DNA of 64,000 nt from Azolla caroliniana (lineage: Eukaryota; Plantae; Polypodiophyta), in NCBI GenBank assembly GCA_043228905.1, contig JBHGNT010000017.1:14198001-14262000 (forward strand). Direction: 5' to 3'. Of the stretch, positions 62,708 to 64,000 are shown piece by piece; positions within the stretch are counted from its first letter, which is position 1; each line of letters starts with the position of its first letter. The notes beneath the pieces were generated by a model, which saw only the letters and a list, made by a program, of their open reading frames with translations, was not told where the DNA came from and searched no databases. The position numbers and the translations under genes were made by a program.

Positions 62708-63147
62708 CTTAAAATTGTGATTACAATGTTGTCAAAGATATTTGCATGTACATGCACAGGAACAAATCAGGCTTTTTACATACCAATGTGGGTCGACGAA
62801 CAAATAACAATGCATGTATACACACCCTTATGTCGAGGGTTTCTGTTTCATATATCTTTGGCTTAGCCTTATTTCATTATTGTAGGAATAAATAGAACAC
62901 CACTTCGTCTTCTAAGATTTATATATGATGAGTAGTCGGTCTATTGTTAGAAACTTTTAGAACTATGCAACTTCTATTTCTACGTTTTGGATATAATATC
63001 ACTTCTTGGTCTACGGAAAATGTTATCACGATATTATAAATCACCATTTGAAAGAATAACAAAACGGTGATATAAAGTCAACAAACTCAAAGGTGCATAG
63101 ACAAGGAAACATTAGAAACTTATATTATTAAATAGTCAATTAAATCT

Positions 63148-64000
63148 TTTTTAAGATTGCTTAAAGTGTGCGGCACTTCATCGAGGGTTGTTTGGGGTGG
63201 ACTCAAGTTTAGATCTTATTTGTATGTCTAAACATAAGTAGTGATATAGTTTTAGAAGAATAGAAAAGTGAGGGCGTGGGTGGGGGTTAGGGGAGTGTAG
63301 CTTGTTGAAATTATCAAAAGTATTTAAACCTAATCAAAGTTTTTAGAATATATTAAAGATCATTGGGATAACTTAAGTTATTAGACAACAATAACGTACT
63401 ATTAAAACACCAATATAGAGTATTATTAAAACGGGACCACACTCTTAGATGAACGGGAGTTGTTTAAACACACGCTTAAGCAAACACTTAAAAGAAAGAT
63501 TATTATAAAAAATAAGAATAAAAATAAAAATAGAAAAGAGAGATTGAGATTAAAAAATGATTATGGTTAAGAAGGGATTATGATTAAGGGGGAAGGGGTT
63601 GCTAAACAAAGTACTTAAACGAATGTTTAAACAAATATTTAGATAAGAAAACACTTGGGCAAACACTTAACGCAAGGTTAGGATTAAAAGAGAAGGGAGG
63701 GATTATGGTTAAAGAAAAGGGGTCATGGTTGAGAAGAGAATGATTATGATTAAGAGAGGAGAATACTTAAACAAATGTTTAAACAAAAAGTTAAACCTAA
63801 AAATGATTGAACAAGTACTTAAAAAAAAGGGGTTAAACAAGTACGTAATAAAAATGTTTATTAAACAAGTACTTAATAGAAAATGAATAAATAAATGCTT
63901 AAAAACTTAAGACAAAATTTTTTTTGATAAAAAAGTGATTAAACAAGTACTTAATAAAAATTTATTAAATAAGTACTTAAGAACTTAAGACAAAAAATTA
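63148..64000. repeat. A-rich low-complexity repeat with recurring AAACAAGTACTTAA motif (possibly TE subterminal region), runs off the window
   Basis: Motif recurs at about 63604, 63809, 63835, 63863, 63941 and 63967. Confidence 0.45.

Larger units (their letters stand above)
25741..63147. repeat. Tandem array of about 600-640-bp AT-rich units each containing a tRNA-Tyr(GTA) gene; arms 25741-34958 and 60138-63147
   Basis: tRNA start-to-start periods of 638, 598, 541, 638, 638, 637, 508, 637, 602, 537, 598, 598 and 538, with conserved spacer sequence. 25741-about 26725 is in inverted orientation. Confidence 0.95.

Noticed and set aside
66-63147. Functional link between the aminoacyl-tRNA synthetase gene and the tRNA array
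   Set aside because: The enzyme is Met-specific, the tRNAs are Tyr, and about 20 kb of TEs separate them; probably coincidental.

Overview
Eukaryotic land-plant nuclear DNA. A non-seed plant (lycophyte, fern or bryophyte) is inferred from the Tcn1-like chromovirus and the fungal-like Ty3/gypsy lineage. 1-6144: the 3' 12 exons of a cytosolic methionyl-tRNA synthetase with a C-terminal EMAP-II/tRNA-binding domain. 7-25.7 kb: decayed Ty3/gypsy elements. These include a full-length chromovirus with a tRNA-independent self-priming site, an antisense tRNA-like A/B box in its LTR, and a -1 frameshift signal. A palindromic hairpin array lies next to it. 25.7-63.1 kb: the main discovery, a tandem array of about 600-640-bp units, each carrying an intron-containing tRNA-Tyr(GTA) gene or pseudogene (20 copies counted: 18 full length, 2 halves). 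The first two copies are inverted, most lack an adjacent Pol III terminator, and one has a G3:U70 pair. One unit is split by a 25-kb nest of five LTR elements: three Copia, one tRNA-Trp-primed Gypsy and one solo LTR, the last two inserted at CCGG with 4-bp TSDs. Coordinates were counted by eye and may be off by a few bases.
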